Positions 1 through 9,770 of a DNA stretch of 64,000 nucleotides are shown here, piece after piece (position 1 is the stretch's first letter; each line of letters begins with the position of its first letter). The notes under the pieces are model-generated. The model was given only the letters and a program-made list of their open reading frames with translations, was not told the DNA's origin and did not search any database. The DNA lies in assembly GCA_963704655.1 (NCBI GenBank), contig OY969927.1, positions 32,001 to 96,000 of the forward strand, written 5' to 3'. The stretch is from an uncultured Candidatus Babeliaceae bacterium (lineage in GTDB: Bacteria; Babelota; Babeliae; Babelales; Babelaceae). The position numbers and the translations under genes were made by a program.

Positions 1-1
1 C

Positions 2-151
2 TCTTATAATCATGCTTTGGTATGGTACAATGAGCATTCAACACTGGTACGGGTATTAGCAGTTTTAGGTGTAAGTTATTATGTATATAAAAAGTATTGC
101 CCTGTGGCAAGCCGTTGTAAAGAATGTTTGCAAGATTCAAAAAATATATAA
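2..151 (+). CDS. 3' end of hypothetical protein (truncated by window start)
   Basis: Frame open from base 2 to TAA at 149-151 (SYNHALVW...LQDSKNI*), hydrophobic stretch. Confidence 0.55.
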   Translation, partial: SYNHALVWYNEHSTLVRVLAVLGVSYYVYKKYCPVASRCKECLQDSKNI

Positions 152-172
152 AAAAAGATATGGAGTAAAAAT

Positions 173-1108
173 ATGAAAAAATTAATTATAATAGGCATCT
201 TGGCTGTTACTATGTTGACAGCATCTGAAGCTAATTGGATGATTGTGGTTGATGGGAAAGCCAGACCAGAAGATGAGTTTCTGAATTCATTATTACGTAG
301 TTCTATGGTGCATCCAGACCACAATGCATTCCGTTTTGAGCTTCAAGCTGTTAAGAACAGATATGGTATAAGTGTTACATTCCCTAGGGGTTCGCTGTCA
401 CAATTGCACAGTAGGTATGTACAAGAAAAAAAACCTCATAAAGTTATTCAAAAAGATACAGACCCGGAAATTCCATTTAACATTGATGTTGAAGATAATA
501 TGGTTTATCCAGCTGAAAGTTCAGAAAGAAGAAAACATCTTAGGGATACAGCTGTATATTTTCTTAATCCAGAAAAGGGTTGTTTTAGGCCGTTTACGCA
601 AGCAGAGCATATGCATTGTAAACGTGCAGCTCAGCAATTGAATCTTAGTGTAGGTAAAGTTGAAAATATGTGCACCGCTATAATGCTAGCGCGTCATACA
701 ACAGCGGCTGAAGCTAGCAATTATTTAAGTGAAAAATTATCGCCGGTAGCGCTAAGGGCATTAGCCGCAAGAACTGAAAATGAACGGTTTCATGTACTTG
801 GGGTTGATAAAGCGCGCATGAAGAAAGATAAGTTGAAACAACAAGCATTACATTTAACAGATTTGCGTGATGATGTTTCAGTTCAGCCACGCAAGGGCTT
901 TAAGCCAAGGTATTCTTTAGAAGAAATCCTTGAGCAAGAAGAAGAGCATGATCGTGAAATACGTGAAGAAGAAAATTTAAAATCTGATCTCTCCCAGAGA
1001 ATGGCACTGGCATCAGCTTTCATGCAAGGGGAAATTGGGATCTCTGATGAAACTACACAAATATTAGCACTTATCCAAGCAGGAGAATTAGGTGATTGTG
1101 TAGTGTAA
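173..1108 (+). CDS. Secreted hypothetical protein
   Basis: 311 aa ORF, GGAG RBS, MKK + hydrophobic signal peptide, acidic coiled C-terminus. Confidence 0.8.
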   Translation: MKKLIIIGILAVTMLTASEANWMIVVDGKARPEDEFLNSLLRSSMVHPDHNAFRFELQAVKNRYGISVTFPRGSLSQLHSRYVQEKKPHKVIQKDTDPEIPFNIDVEDNMVYPAESSERRKHLRDTAVYFLNPEKGCFRPFTQAEHMHCKRAAQQLNLSVGKVENMCTAIMLARHTTAAEASNYLSEKLSPVALRALAARTENERFHVLGVDKARMKKDKLKQQALHLTDLRDDVSVQPRKGFKPRYSLEEILEQEEEHDREIREEENLKSDLSQRMALASAFMQGEIGISDETTQILALIQAGELGDCVV

Positions 1109-1124
1109 AGATCTTGGTAGAAAA

Positions 1125-2759
1125 TCAAATTACTTTATCATGAATCAGCGTCTTTTGTGCGATTCGTTCAAATAACGGCGCAGCAACAGACGATGCATAA
1201 AGATCATGGCGTGCAGCCTCTTTAACAAAGGTGACTATAACTCGTTTATAGTCACCTTTTTCTATAATGCCGGTAAACGTGTATATATTTTTGAGTGGGG
1301 AATAGTGGCCAGTTTCATCAAGCAGGCGCGCTGTCCCTGTTTTGCCTAAAACGTTAACCCCCGGAATCACTGCAGCATGTGCGGTGCCCTGGTTACACGT
1401 TTTTTCTAAGATAGTGCGCATTTTTTGTATAGTATCCGGGCTATATAAAAGAGGGTGCCCCATTTCGCAAAAGTTTGGCACAATCAGTTTAGGTGTGGGT
1501 AAATAGCCCCCATTTGCAAAGATACTAAATGCTCGAGCAAGTTGTAACAATGTTGCTCGAATTTCATAACCAAAAGATAGTGAATTAAGTGATGCCTTGG
1601 ACCAGGTTGATGGGTGAGTAACATGGCCGCGCTGTTGGCCGGGAAAGTTAAGTCCGGTAAGTTGCCCAAATCCACAACGTCGGTAATGGTCATAAAGTTT
1701 TGTTCCAACTTTTTGAGCTACTTTTGCCGTACCGATATTATTTGAATATTCGATTACTTGTGAAAAGGTTAGTTCCCCGTGTTCTTTCCAGGTGCTAAAT
1801 TTCATGCCATTAACATACCCAATTTTTCTATTTTCGCAGTCAATAATATCTTCCGGTTCAAATAGTTTTTCTTCAAGGGCAGACAGCGCTAAAAATGTTT
1901 TCATAACAGAACCAAGCTCGTACGTTTCAGTTACAACACGATTTTTTAGAAGACTCAGATCCAGAACCTCTTTACTGTTAGGGTCAATATCAGGAATAGA
2001 CGCCATGGCATAAATATAGCCCGTGTTTGGGTCCATAATAATTACTGCGCCTTCTTGTGCGTCAAACTTTTCTATTGTTTCTTGCAGTTCTTGATATGCA
2101 AGAAATTGTAATGTGCTATCAATGGTTACGGTCAGTGGGCTGCCTGTTGCCCCTTGTGTGATAGTTTTTTTATTAAAATAGTATCTGCCAGAACGTGCAT
2201 CTTTTTCTATCTGTACCGTAGTTGGTGTTCCAGCAAGCTGTTCGTTATAGAGCAACTCGAGTCCGCTGATGCCTTGGTTGTCGATATCAGTTTTGCCTAG
2301 TATTGTTCCTAAGCAGTTTATGGGGTAATAGCGCCCGGGCTCTTCAAGAATGTGGATATCTTCTATAGGGTTTTGAGTGAGTCGCTCGAGTTCTTCAGCA
2401 GAGATATTACGTGCAACATAGATAAAATGTGCATCAGGGTTTTTGGTTAGTCGTGCAAGTGCTGCTGGATAATTGTGTGATAAAAATGTTATGACCGCAG
2501 TTTTATTTTTAAGATTATTGGGTGTGGTAAAAATACTAATAATTGAGTTTTCTGTTGCGATAAGTTTGTTTTTAACATCATAAATTGCTGCGCGAATCGG
2601 GGTTATTTTGGTAGTAAGATGATATTGTTGCTGCCCTAGGGATGAAAAAAATGAGTTTTTTCTTATTTGTAAGAAATATAAATGCGCTAAAATTGCTATA
2701 AAGAGCGATAAAAAAACAAAGGCTATTGTGGTGAGTCGCAATTTAAAGATAGTATTCAT
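1125..2759 (-). CDS. ftsI: Penicillin-binding protein 3-like transpeptidase
   Basis: N-terminal TM; SxxK (GSVMK), SxN (SNN), KTG motifs; GxDNxGxxGLE; downstream of ftsL-like gene. Confidence 0.9.
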   Translation of the reverse strand: MNTIFKLRLTTIAFVFLSLFIAILAHLYFLQIRKNSFFSSLGQQQYHLTTKITPIRAAIYDVKNKLIATENSIISIFTTPNNLKNKTAVITFLSHNYPAALARLTKNPDAHFIYVARNISAEELERLTQNPIEDIHILEEPGRYYPINCLGTILGKTDIDNQGISGLELLYNEQLAGTPTTVQIEKDARSGRYYFNKKTITQGATGSPLTVTIDSTLQFLAYQELQETIEKFDAQEGAVIIMDPNTGYIYAMASIPDIDPNSKEVLDLSLLKNRVVTETYELGSVMKTFLALSALEEKLFEPEDIIDCENRKIGYVNGMKFSTWKEHGELTFSQVIEYSNNIGTAKVAQKVGTKLYDHYRRCGFGQLTGLNFPGQQRGHVTHPSTWSKASLNSLSFGYEIRATLLQLARAFSIFANGGYLPTPKLIVPNFCEMGHPLLYSPDTIQKMRTILEKTCNQGTAHAAVIPGVNVLGKTGTARLLDETGHYSPLKNIYTFTGIIEKGDYKRVIVTFVKEAARHDLYASSVAAPLFERIAQKTLIHDKVI

Positions 2760-2793
2760 AATGAGCCGCCATGGATGGTGCGAAACGCACTGT

Positions 2794-2923
2794 TTTGACG
2801 CAGTTTATCCTGAGCGAAGTCGAAGGGCTCACCACGAGCGGCCCTAAATACGCTCATTCTGATGCTTCGACTAACGTTCAGCAGTAAATGCTCGCTCATC
2901 CTGAGCTCGTCGAAGGGTTAGCG
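2794..2923. repeat. Nested cluster of family-A palindromic repeats (CGCTCATCCTGAGNNNGTCGAAGGGTTAGCG)
   Basis: Copies at 2803-2827 and 2893-2923; 2860-2923 resembles 30783-30844. Confidence 0.85.
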
Positions 2924-3189
2924 ATTGGTAATTCTTTGATATCAGAAATACGGGCCTTTTTCATCTGTAATTCTTGTGTAGCATATGTTTTTAATTTCTG
3001 GGCCTCTTGAGCTTGAAGAAGTTCATGCGTAAGATCTTTTTTTCTTTTTTGTAATTCTTGAAAGGTACGTTCAGAATCTTGAAAAGCGTACGTTGATTTA
3101 ATAATGATGCTTTGGGTATAGATATAAAAAAATATCAGCAATAGCTGTATTGTTACAAAGCCAGAGATAACTAATTTTTTTGAAAACAT
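2896..3189 (-). CDS. ftsL: FtsL-like cell division protein
   Basis: 97 aa, single TM then coiled coil, upstream of ftsI; C-terminus supplied by repeat. Confidence 0.65.
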   Translation of the reverse strand: MFSKKLVISGFVTIQLLLIFFYIYTQSIIIKSTYAFQDSERTFQELQKRKKDLTHELLQAQEAQKLKTYATQELQMKKARISDIKELPIANPSTSSG

Positions 3190-3254
3190 GAAATGCCCTT
3201 ATCTTTTCATAAACGAGCTTATCATGAATATTTTTTTGAAAGCAAATGTTTTAT

Positions 3255-3575
3255 TTACTTAAGCGGCTTCTTAAGTTTTTTCGCTTCAATTTGTAATGCT
3301 TGAATAATTTGTTCAGCATAACGCTTTTCTTGCTCTAGCAAGTCGGCTTTGTTTCTATGAACAGATATATGTTCACCATATTCACTAGCTAGCATAGTAT
3401 ATAAACGCTTATTATCATGTGCGCGGATAAGTGAGGCGACTATGGTGCCGTCATCTTTTGTAATTTTTAGTTTAACTTCTTCCAATTTTTCGGTAGCTGT
3501 TTCTTCTTGCGCTATTCCTGTAGAAAGGATAATGTGTGTTGCAAAAAATATGATTGATAAGAGTATTTTTTTCAT
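3255..3575 (-). CDS. Secreted hypothetical protein
   Basis: MKK signal peptide, 106 aa. Confidence 0.7.
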   Translation of the reverse strand: MKKILLSIIFFATHIILSTGIAQEETATEKLEEVKLKITKDDGTIVASLIRAHDNKRLYTMLASEYGEHISVHRNKADLLEQEKRYAEQIIQALQIEAKKLKKPLK

Positions 3576-3671
3576 AAAGTCCCACTTTTTTTGGTTTCAA
3601 AATATAATTATATATAATTTTATATAATTATGAAACAAGGCCAGTTTTTTTATAACATATGGCTAAAATCG

Positions 3672-6158
3672 CTAAAATTCTTGGTTCATACCAAAATGGA
3701 TACGTGATGCAGGTTCGCCTGAGCGTTTACGACGGTCAAGCTTGAAGCCAACGTCAACACGAACCGGTGTAGGCTGCGTAACACGTATACCAAAGCCGAT
3801 TGCGTGTCTGAAATCGAACTTATTGTTGGTAAGATACGGTTCTGCAATTGCCGGATTTGGGGTGTCCCACCCAGCGCCGCCATCATAAAAGAGTACGCCT
3901 TTAATCGATTGGTCAGCTGTAACGGGAAATAAAAGTTCTGCGTTAACCACAAATGCCTTTTTACCGCCTAATGAGTTGCCAAAAATTTGTGGTCCAATTT
4001 GGCCAAATTCAAAGCCACGTACCGTTGCAGGGCCACCGATATGGAATAGTTCTTTATACGGAACCGTGCAGCCCTGGAAGATATGTGTTAAACCTAAAAA
4101 GCCATGTAATTTTAAAATAAGATCATATTCATTGATGAGCGGTGTGAGCCACTGTGCATCAACTTCAAGTTTAACAAAGCCAAAATCATTTCTATGGTGT
4201 GGAATACCAAAGCGTGTTGAAGCGAGCCATTGGTAACCCCGTGATGGAAATACCGGGTTGTTTCTAAAGTCTTGCGTTAATGACATATTGAGCCAAACAA
4301 GGTTGCCAGAAACAAAAAGATTATCTAACACATTTTGAAAGACTTGATTTGCATTTGGGCCGCCGCCAAGAATTGCTGATTGAATATGGTTATAACGTAT
4401 TTTTTGACCGCCGGCCTCTATTTGTGCGTTAGTATAATTAAGCTGCGGAATTAAAAAGCGCATTATACCAGAACCGCCAAAGATCGATTCAGTAGGTTTT
4501 TGGGTTACTTGTCTAAATTCATCATAGGTTAATTTACGTAACACGATATTTGATCCTACGCCGATGGGTCTATTAAAGATCCAGGGGCTGAAAAGATCAA
4601 AGTTGAACGAGCTATCTTGTGCAGAGTAGTTGAGTGAGAAGTTATAAGAAACACCGGTGCCCAGAGCATTTATATCTGCCAAGTTAATACCAACGTTAAA
4701 TGATGTTGTTGGCGATTGAATGTTGGTATCTGAACCACCAAAGCCGATTTGTGCATTAAATCTACCTGTTGGACGTTCTTTTAAGAGTAAATTAATATCA
4801 GCTTTGTCTTCATCTAACCGCACAATTTTCCAATTAACGCCATTTTTTGGGTCAAAATATCCGGTACCTTCAGCAGCATTTTTTGCAAACTCTAATTTTG
4901 AGCTGGTAAGTAATTCACCTTCATTAAAGCGTATTAGGCGGCGCAAGACATAGTCTCGTGTCTTTTTGTTGCCTTGAATATTAATACGGTTAACAAATAC
5001 TTGGTCACCTAATGAACTAAAAAATTCGATCTCAACGGTTTTATCTTCTAAATTTGGCACAACACTCGGCTCTATTTCTGCATAGATATACCCTTTTTCT
5101 CCCCAGAGTATGCGCAAGGTTTCCATAGTGTTACGAATTTTTTCTTTTGAATAAAGATCACCCACATGTATTGGGATAACGCGTAAGAGCTCTTCTTCAG
5201 TGAAAACATCGTTGCCAGGAGCTTTTACCGATGAAACACGGTATAAATCGCCTTCATCAATAACAAAGGTAACATTAACGTCATTTGATTTTGGGTCAGG
5301 ATCTTTTTCTGTGAGAATATCAGTTACACTTGCTGCAAGAAAGCCGTTACTTTGGTAATAATTTTCGATAGTGTATTTGTCAAAATCAAGAGCTTCTTTT
5401 TGGTAGCTGCCTGCTTTATCTAAAAAGCCTAAAACCCAATCTTCTCGCGTAAAGGTTAATGAGCGTAATAGACTTTCGCTGACCGCGCAATTACCTTTAA
5501 AAAATACTCGTTTAACATGTGTTTTTTTGCCTTCATCAATGGTGATATAGGCACGAACCGTATGTTTATCGACATCTTCTAAACGCTTTTGCATGGTGAC
5601 ATTATGGTAATCTTTTTCGCCATAGAGCTTTTCTATCTGGAAGGCCAAGTTTTCAAGGGCCTGTTCATCGATTGCTATTATTTCAGAAATTTTTAATTTC
5701 TTTTCGATCTCTTCATACGAAAGATGTTTATTTTTTTCTAAAACAACTTTCTCTAAGCGCTTTTTTTCCTCTACAACAATAAGAAGATTAACCTCAGTTT
5801 CAGAACGCTCTTCCATGAAAAGCTGGATATTGGTGAAATATCCTAGATCAAAAAGAAGTTTTATCATTTCGGCGCTTTTGTAGGCATGAAATGTGTCGCC
5901 TATGCTGTAGGGCACTTTTGATAAGATTGTCTCTTTTGAAACAAGGTGGTTTCCCTGTATGGTGATCGAACTAATAGTATGTTCTTGATATGCTGGCAAT
6001 GGAGGCAATTGAAATTGTTGCTCTTGTTGGCCAAGCGCTTCAAGATCTGGACTCAATATAAGATCTTGTCCTACTACTGGTGGTAATACGATCACACATA
6101 GTACTATGAGATTGCGTAAAATAGGTGATAAGCTTACGCTTAGTATGCGTGATAGCAT
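3672..6158 (-). CDS. bamA: Outer membrane protein assembly factor BamA
   Basis: POTRA repeats (GNxKTRDYVLRR), VRGF motif, beta-barrel ending in Phe. Confidence 0.95.
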   Translation of the reverse strand: MLSRILSVSLSPILRNLIVLCVIVLPPVVGQDLILSPDLEALGQQEQQFQLPPLPAYQEHTISSITIQGNHLVSKETILSKVPYSIGDTFHAYKSAEMIKLLFDLGYFTNIQLFMEERSETEVNLLIVVEEKKRLEKVVLEKNKHLSYEEIEKKLKISEIIAIDEQALENLAFQIEKLYGEKDYHNVTMQKRLEDVDKHTVRAYITIDEGKKTHVKRVFFKGNCAVSESLLRSLTFTREDWVLGFLDKAGSYQKEALDFDKYTIENYYQSNGFLAASVTDILTEKDPDPKSNDVNVTFVIDEGDLYRVSSVKAPGNDVFTEEELLRVIPIHVGDLYSKEKIRNTMETLRILWGEKGYIYAEIEPSVVPNLEDKTVEIEFFSSLGDQVFVNRINIQGNKKTRDYVLRRLIRFNEGELLTSSKLEFAKNAAEGTGYFDPKNGVNWKIVRLDEDKADINLLLKERPTGRFNAQIGFGGSDTNIQSPTTSFNVGINLADINALGTGVSYNFSLNYSAQDSSFNFDLFSPWIFNRPIGVGSNIVLRKLTYDEFRQVTQKPTESIFGGSGIMRFLIPQLNYTNAQIEAGGQKIRYNHIQSAILGGGPNANQVFQNVLDNLFVSGNLVWLNMSLTQDFRNNPVFPSRGYQWLASTRFGIPHHRNDFGFVKLEVDAQWLTPLINEYDLILKLHGFLGLTHIFQGCTVPYKELFHIGGPATVRGFEFGQIGPQIFGNSLGGKKAFVVNAELLFPVTADQSIKGVLFYDGGAGWDTPNPAIAEPYLTNNKFDFRHAIGFGIRVTQPTPVRVDVGFKLDRRKRSGEPASRIHFGMNQEF

Positions 6159-6273
6159 GTACTTTGCTCCTAAATTTTTTAATATGCGCTCACATAATGA
6201 TACTATTTCTGGTAAAATTGACTAGACGCTCTTATAAAATAAATTTTTCATAAATTTTTTTAAGGAAAAAAAT

Positions 6274-7647
6274 ATGACGCATGTTCGCTTAACAAACTCT
6301 ATGTCTAAAGAAAAACAGCCGCTTGGTGTAAGTGATATTCAGGATCAACCTATTAAACTATATGTTTGCGGAATTACGCCCTATGACGCCCCCCATATAG
6401 GCCATGGCAGATGCTATGTAACATTTGATTTACTCTACCGTTTGCTTGAATTTTTAGGTTATAAAGTTATCTATTGCAGAAATTTTACTGATATTGATGA
6501 TAAGCTTCTTGCAAAGTCAGAAAAAGAATTTGGCACACCATTTAAATTTGCAGAGGTTGCCCAACGATATATCGATATATTCGATCGTGATATGCAATTA
6601 CTTAATTGCAAAAAGCCGACATTTGAACCACGTGTTACACAAACTATTCCAGAAATTATTGCTTTTGTGCAGTCGCTTATCGATGCGGGCAAAGCGTATG
6701 TGGTTGATGGTGATGTTTATTTTAGCATTGACGCATACCCAGAATATGGCGCACTATCTCACCGCAATTTAGAAGATCTTCAGGCAGGCGCGCGTGTTGC
6801 AGTTTCTGAAATTAAGCGTAATCCGCTTGATTTTGCCCTTTGGAAATCAGAGCCGGATGGTGACTATTATAAAAGTCCATGGGGATATGGAAGACCGGGT
6901 TGGCACATTGAATGCTCTGCTATGTCTAAAAAGTTTTTAGGTAACACTATTGATATACATGGCGGCGGCATGGATTTGATCTTCCCCCACCATGAAAACG
7001 AGTTGGCTCAATCACAATCTATTCAAAAAGAGCCTTTTGTAAAATGCTGGGCACATAACGCCTTTGTGCAGATTAATAAAGAGAAGATGTCTAAATCATT
7101 GGGCAACTTTTTTACCTTAGATGACATTTTTAAGCAGTTTGATGCTCAGGCTGTCCGTTTTTACTTTTTGCAGCATCAATACCGCAACCCGCTTGATTTT
7201 TCGGTACATGATCTTGAAGTTGCCCAAAACTCGTATAAAAAGCTTGCAAAACAATTTGAGCATATTACACCTGTTTCCCTGCATTTTACCAATACCGCTC
7301 ATCCTGAGTCTGTCGAAGGGTTAGCGGGACGCAATATTATTTCCCATATGCTCGATTTTCTGAAAGATGATCTTAATACCCCTGGCATGCTGGGTGTATT
7401 TTACAAGCACTATGATGAAATTTTTGCAGACCCAGTTCTGGCAGGCCAAGTAAAAACGCTGTTTCAAGATATTTTAGGGTTAACATTAGTGCCGCTTGCT
7501 GAAAAGGCACAGGAAATAACCCCAGAGATACAAAAACTTCTTGAGGCCCGTGCGGCAGCCCGTGCAGCAAAAGACTGGAAAAAATCTGACGAACTGCGCG
7601 ATGAGCTTAAACTGCTTGGTTACGAAGTGCAAGATAAAAAAGCTTAA
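6274..7647 (+). CDS. cysS: Cysteine--tRNA ligase
   Basis: CGITPY, HIGH, GRPGWHIECS, KMSKS, DDLNTP motifs. Confidence 0.98.
   Translation: MTHVRLTNSMSKEKQPLGVSDIQDQPIKLYVCGITPYDAPHIGHGRCYVTFDLLYRLLEFLGYKVIYCRNFTDIDDKLLAKSEKEFGTPFKFAEVAQRYIDIFDRDMQLLNCKKPTFEPRVTQTIPEIIAFVQSLIDAGKAYVVDGDVYFSIDAYPEYGALSHRNLEDLQAGARVAVSEIKRNPLDFALWKSEPDGDYYKSPWGYGRPGWHIECSAMSKKFLGNTIDIHGGGMDLIFPHHENELAQSQSIQKEPFVKCWAHNAFVQINKEKMSKSLGNFFTLDDIFKQFDAQAVRFYFLQHQYRNPLDFSVHDLEVAQNSYKKLAKQFEHITPVSLHFTNTAHPESVEGLAGRNIISHMLDFLKDDLNTPGMLGVFYKHYDEIFADPVLAGQVKTLFQDILGLTLVPLAEKAQEITPEIQKLLEARAAARAAKDWKKSDELRDELKLLGYEVQDKKA
7295..7327. repeat. Family-A palindromic repeat inserted in frame inside cysS
   Basis: CCGCTCATCCTGAGTCTGTCGAAGGGTTAGCGG, 33 bp, matches intergenic copies. 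Confidence 0.9.
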
Positions 7648-7679
7648 TTAATTTTATTTTTTTTAACGAAAGGTATACT

Positions 7680-8126
7680 TTGAAAAAAACTCTTTATGCA
7701 TTATTGTTGCTTGCTACATGTGCTGCAACTTCATCTTTAAATGCTTTTGATTTCAGTTCAAAATTTGCATTACCTGCTTGGATACAGCCTGCTTGGAGAC
7801 AGAATGGCAATTGGAAGAAATTTGTTCCAACATCAGCCTCGATAAACGCTCGCTATAAAGAAGCTACCTGCCCTGATGGTCAGAAAGCTTTTAAAGCTGT
7901 TTATGGCAAAGTTTGTGAAAGCATTTCACAACATCCTATCGCATCTGAATTTGCTATTTTGGGTATTGTGTTTGCATGCGTTGCATTTTCAAATTCCCCA
8001 GAACCCTCTAGCAGAGAACTTACTACTGATGAGTTTTATGATGCTATGGATTTGTACGCAACCAACGAGCGGCAAAAAGTGCTTGTTAAAGAATTTCGTG
8101 CAGAAAGCAAAAGTAAAAAGAAATAA
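7680..8126 (+). CDS. Secreted/membrane hypothetical protein
   Basis: TTG start after GAAAGG, signal peptide, one TM. Confidence 0.7.
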   Translation: MKKTLYALLLLATCAATSSLNAFDFSSKFALPAWIQPAWRQNGNWKKFVPTSASINARYKEATCPDGQKAFKAVYGKVCESISQHPIASEFAILGIVFACVAFSNSPEPSSRELTTDEFYDAMDLYATNERQKVLVKEFRAESKSKKK

Positions 8127-8213
8127 AAAACGTGGTGCTCTATTCAATAGAAAGACTTAGGGCATAAAAAACTTTACCATTTAATAGCTTTATGCCCTTA
8201 AAGTAGCCTAATC

Positions 8214-8503
8214 GTGTTTCTATATCCTTTTCTTGCCGAGTGTGTTGATAAGGGATCTAAGGACGTTAAAGATTATATACAAGTTATACTTTGTAATATT
8301 AGAAGAATTGAAGAAAAAAAGATAACTTGGAAGCGGCTAGGCAAGATTTTGAAAATAAAAATGTTTTGTGGCGTAGAGTTGAAGAACGTAAACTTGGAGT
8401 GGAACTCGGTCACATTAAAGATACTCAAGATCAGTTCAGAAGCGCGTTCATGAGCCCCTTTTTTGACTGCTTTGAAGCAATAAACATTTTAAAAAACTAT
8501 TAA
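8214..8503 (+). pseudogene. Possible gene fragment with -1 frameshift at A7 run
   Basis: Two overlapping protein-like frames joined at A-AAA-AAG (8315-8321); weak start. Confidence 0.3.
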
Positions 8504-8578
8504 AAAAAGAGCTATTTTAGAATCCGCTAACCCTTCGACATGCTCAGGATGAGCGGGATTCTTATAGCTCTTTTTTTT
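8502..8578. terminator. Bidirectional terminator with a family-A repeat (8524-8556) in its loop
   Basis: AAAAAAAGAGCTAT...ATAGCTCTTTTTTT inverted repeat enclosing the repeat. Confidence 0.75.
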
Positions 8579-8594
8579 GCAAAATTAAAAGAAA

Positions 8595-8909
8595 TTAACC
8601 AAAAATTTCTTTGATCTTATCAACAAAATCTTCTTTAGACATAGCGCCTGTCTCTTTTGCCTTAATAGCGCCATCTTTTATGAAGATAAAAGTAGGGACG
8701 GAGCTAATGCCATATTGAATTGCAACTTCGCGTGCGTCATCAACATTAAGTTCTGCAAAGAGATACTTATCAGCATGTTCTTTTGAAAGTTCTTCAAAAA
8801 TAGGTTTCATGTACATACATGGGCCGCACCATGATGCATAGGCATCAATGATAACCGGTTTGGTAGATGCCTGAATTTGTGGCAATGTGTCTTTAGTGAT
8901 GATAAGCAT
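8595..8909 (-). CDS. trxA: Thioredoxin
   Basis: WCGPC active site, 104 aa. Confidence 0.95.
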   Translation of the reverse strand: MLIITKDTLPQIQASTKPVIIDAYASWCGPCMYMKPIFEELSKEHADKYLFAELNVDDAREVAIQYGISSVPTFIFIKDGAIKAKETGAMSKEDFVDKIKEIFG

Positions 8910-9007
8910 AAAAGATCCTTACTTATGAGATATTTTTATAAAAAATAGTATAACGCCTTAGTAAAAAAAGAAAAAGAGCTTTTTATTATTTTTAAGCTAC
9001 TTTTGCA

Positions 9008-9039
9008 CGCTAACCCTTCGACAGGCTCAGGATGAGCGG
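9008..9039. repeat. Family-A palindromic repeat
   Basis: CGCTAACCCTTCGACAGGCTCAGGATGAGCGG. Confidence 0.9.
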
Positions 9040-9058
9040 CGGGGATTATTTCTTTTTT

Positions 9059-9595
9059 TTACTTTTTGCATTCCGTTTCGCGTGGTTGAATTTGGTTATA
9101 CTGACGTTCTGTTCTGCCGGTTATAGTAAGTTTTTTTATAGCATTAAAGGTAAGCTCTTTTTCTAATGGGCCGGCACCGGTGATTTCATCGCACTTAATT
9201 TTTTGTGACGCTTCAATCAGATAATGTTTTTCTGTCTTTGCCGAATCGTTTAAGGTGACAATTACTTCCGTATACTGTTTGCTTTTAAAATGGTGGTTGG
9301 TGTCACATTTTCCTTTTGGTGCAGGCTCTAGGGAATAAACCTGTTCTAGGTCAAGCGCGGTAATGTTTTCAGCTGGGTCACGTGATGCGTCAAACGGCTT
9401 TTCATACATTTTTATTGAACGAAGCTTCCCAGAGATCGAAATATTATCAACTTTATAGATCTTGCCCTTTAAGTCTGTAATTTCTCCATGATAATTAAGG
9501 TGGTGTTTTTGTGGTGCTTCATCTTTTGATGATTGTCCGAATCCAGTACATAAAAATACCATTACAGTACTGAGCAATAAGCGAAAATGTTTCAT
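9059..9595 (-). CDS. Secreted hypothetical protein
   Basis: AGGAG RBS, signal peptide, 178 aa. Confidence 0.8.
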   Translation of the reverse strand: MKHFRLLLSTVMVFLCTGFGQSSKDEAPQKHHLNYHGEITDLKGKIYKVDNISISGKLRSIKMYEKPFDASRDPAENITALDLEQVYSLEPAPKGKCDTNHHFKSKQYTEVIVTLNDSAKTEKHYLIEASQKIKCDEITGAGPLEKELTFNAIKKLTITGRTERQYNQIQPRETECKK

Positions 9596-9770
9596 TAATT
9601 CTCCTAAAATAGATAGAGGTGGTTAAGCAAAGCTCATTATTCTATTTACCAGAAAGCTTGATATCTACACAACAAATCTTTGTAAGTCTTGCGAGTTACT
9701 CTTGCGTGAACAGCAAGATTTTTTTTAAAGTTAATGGTGCAAAGATTTTATTTTTTAAATGGGAGAACTC

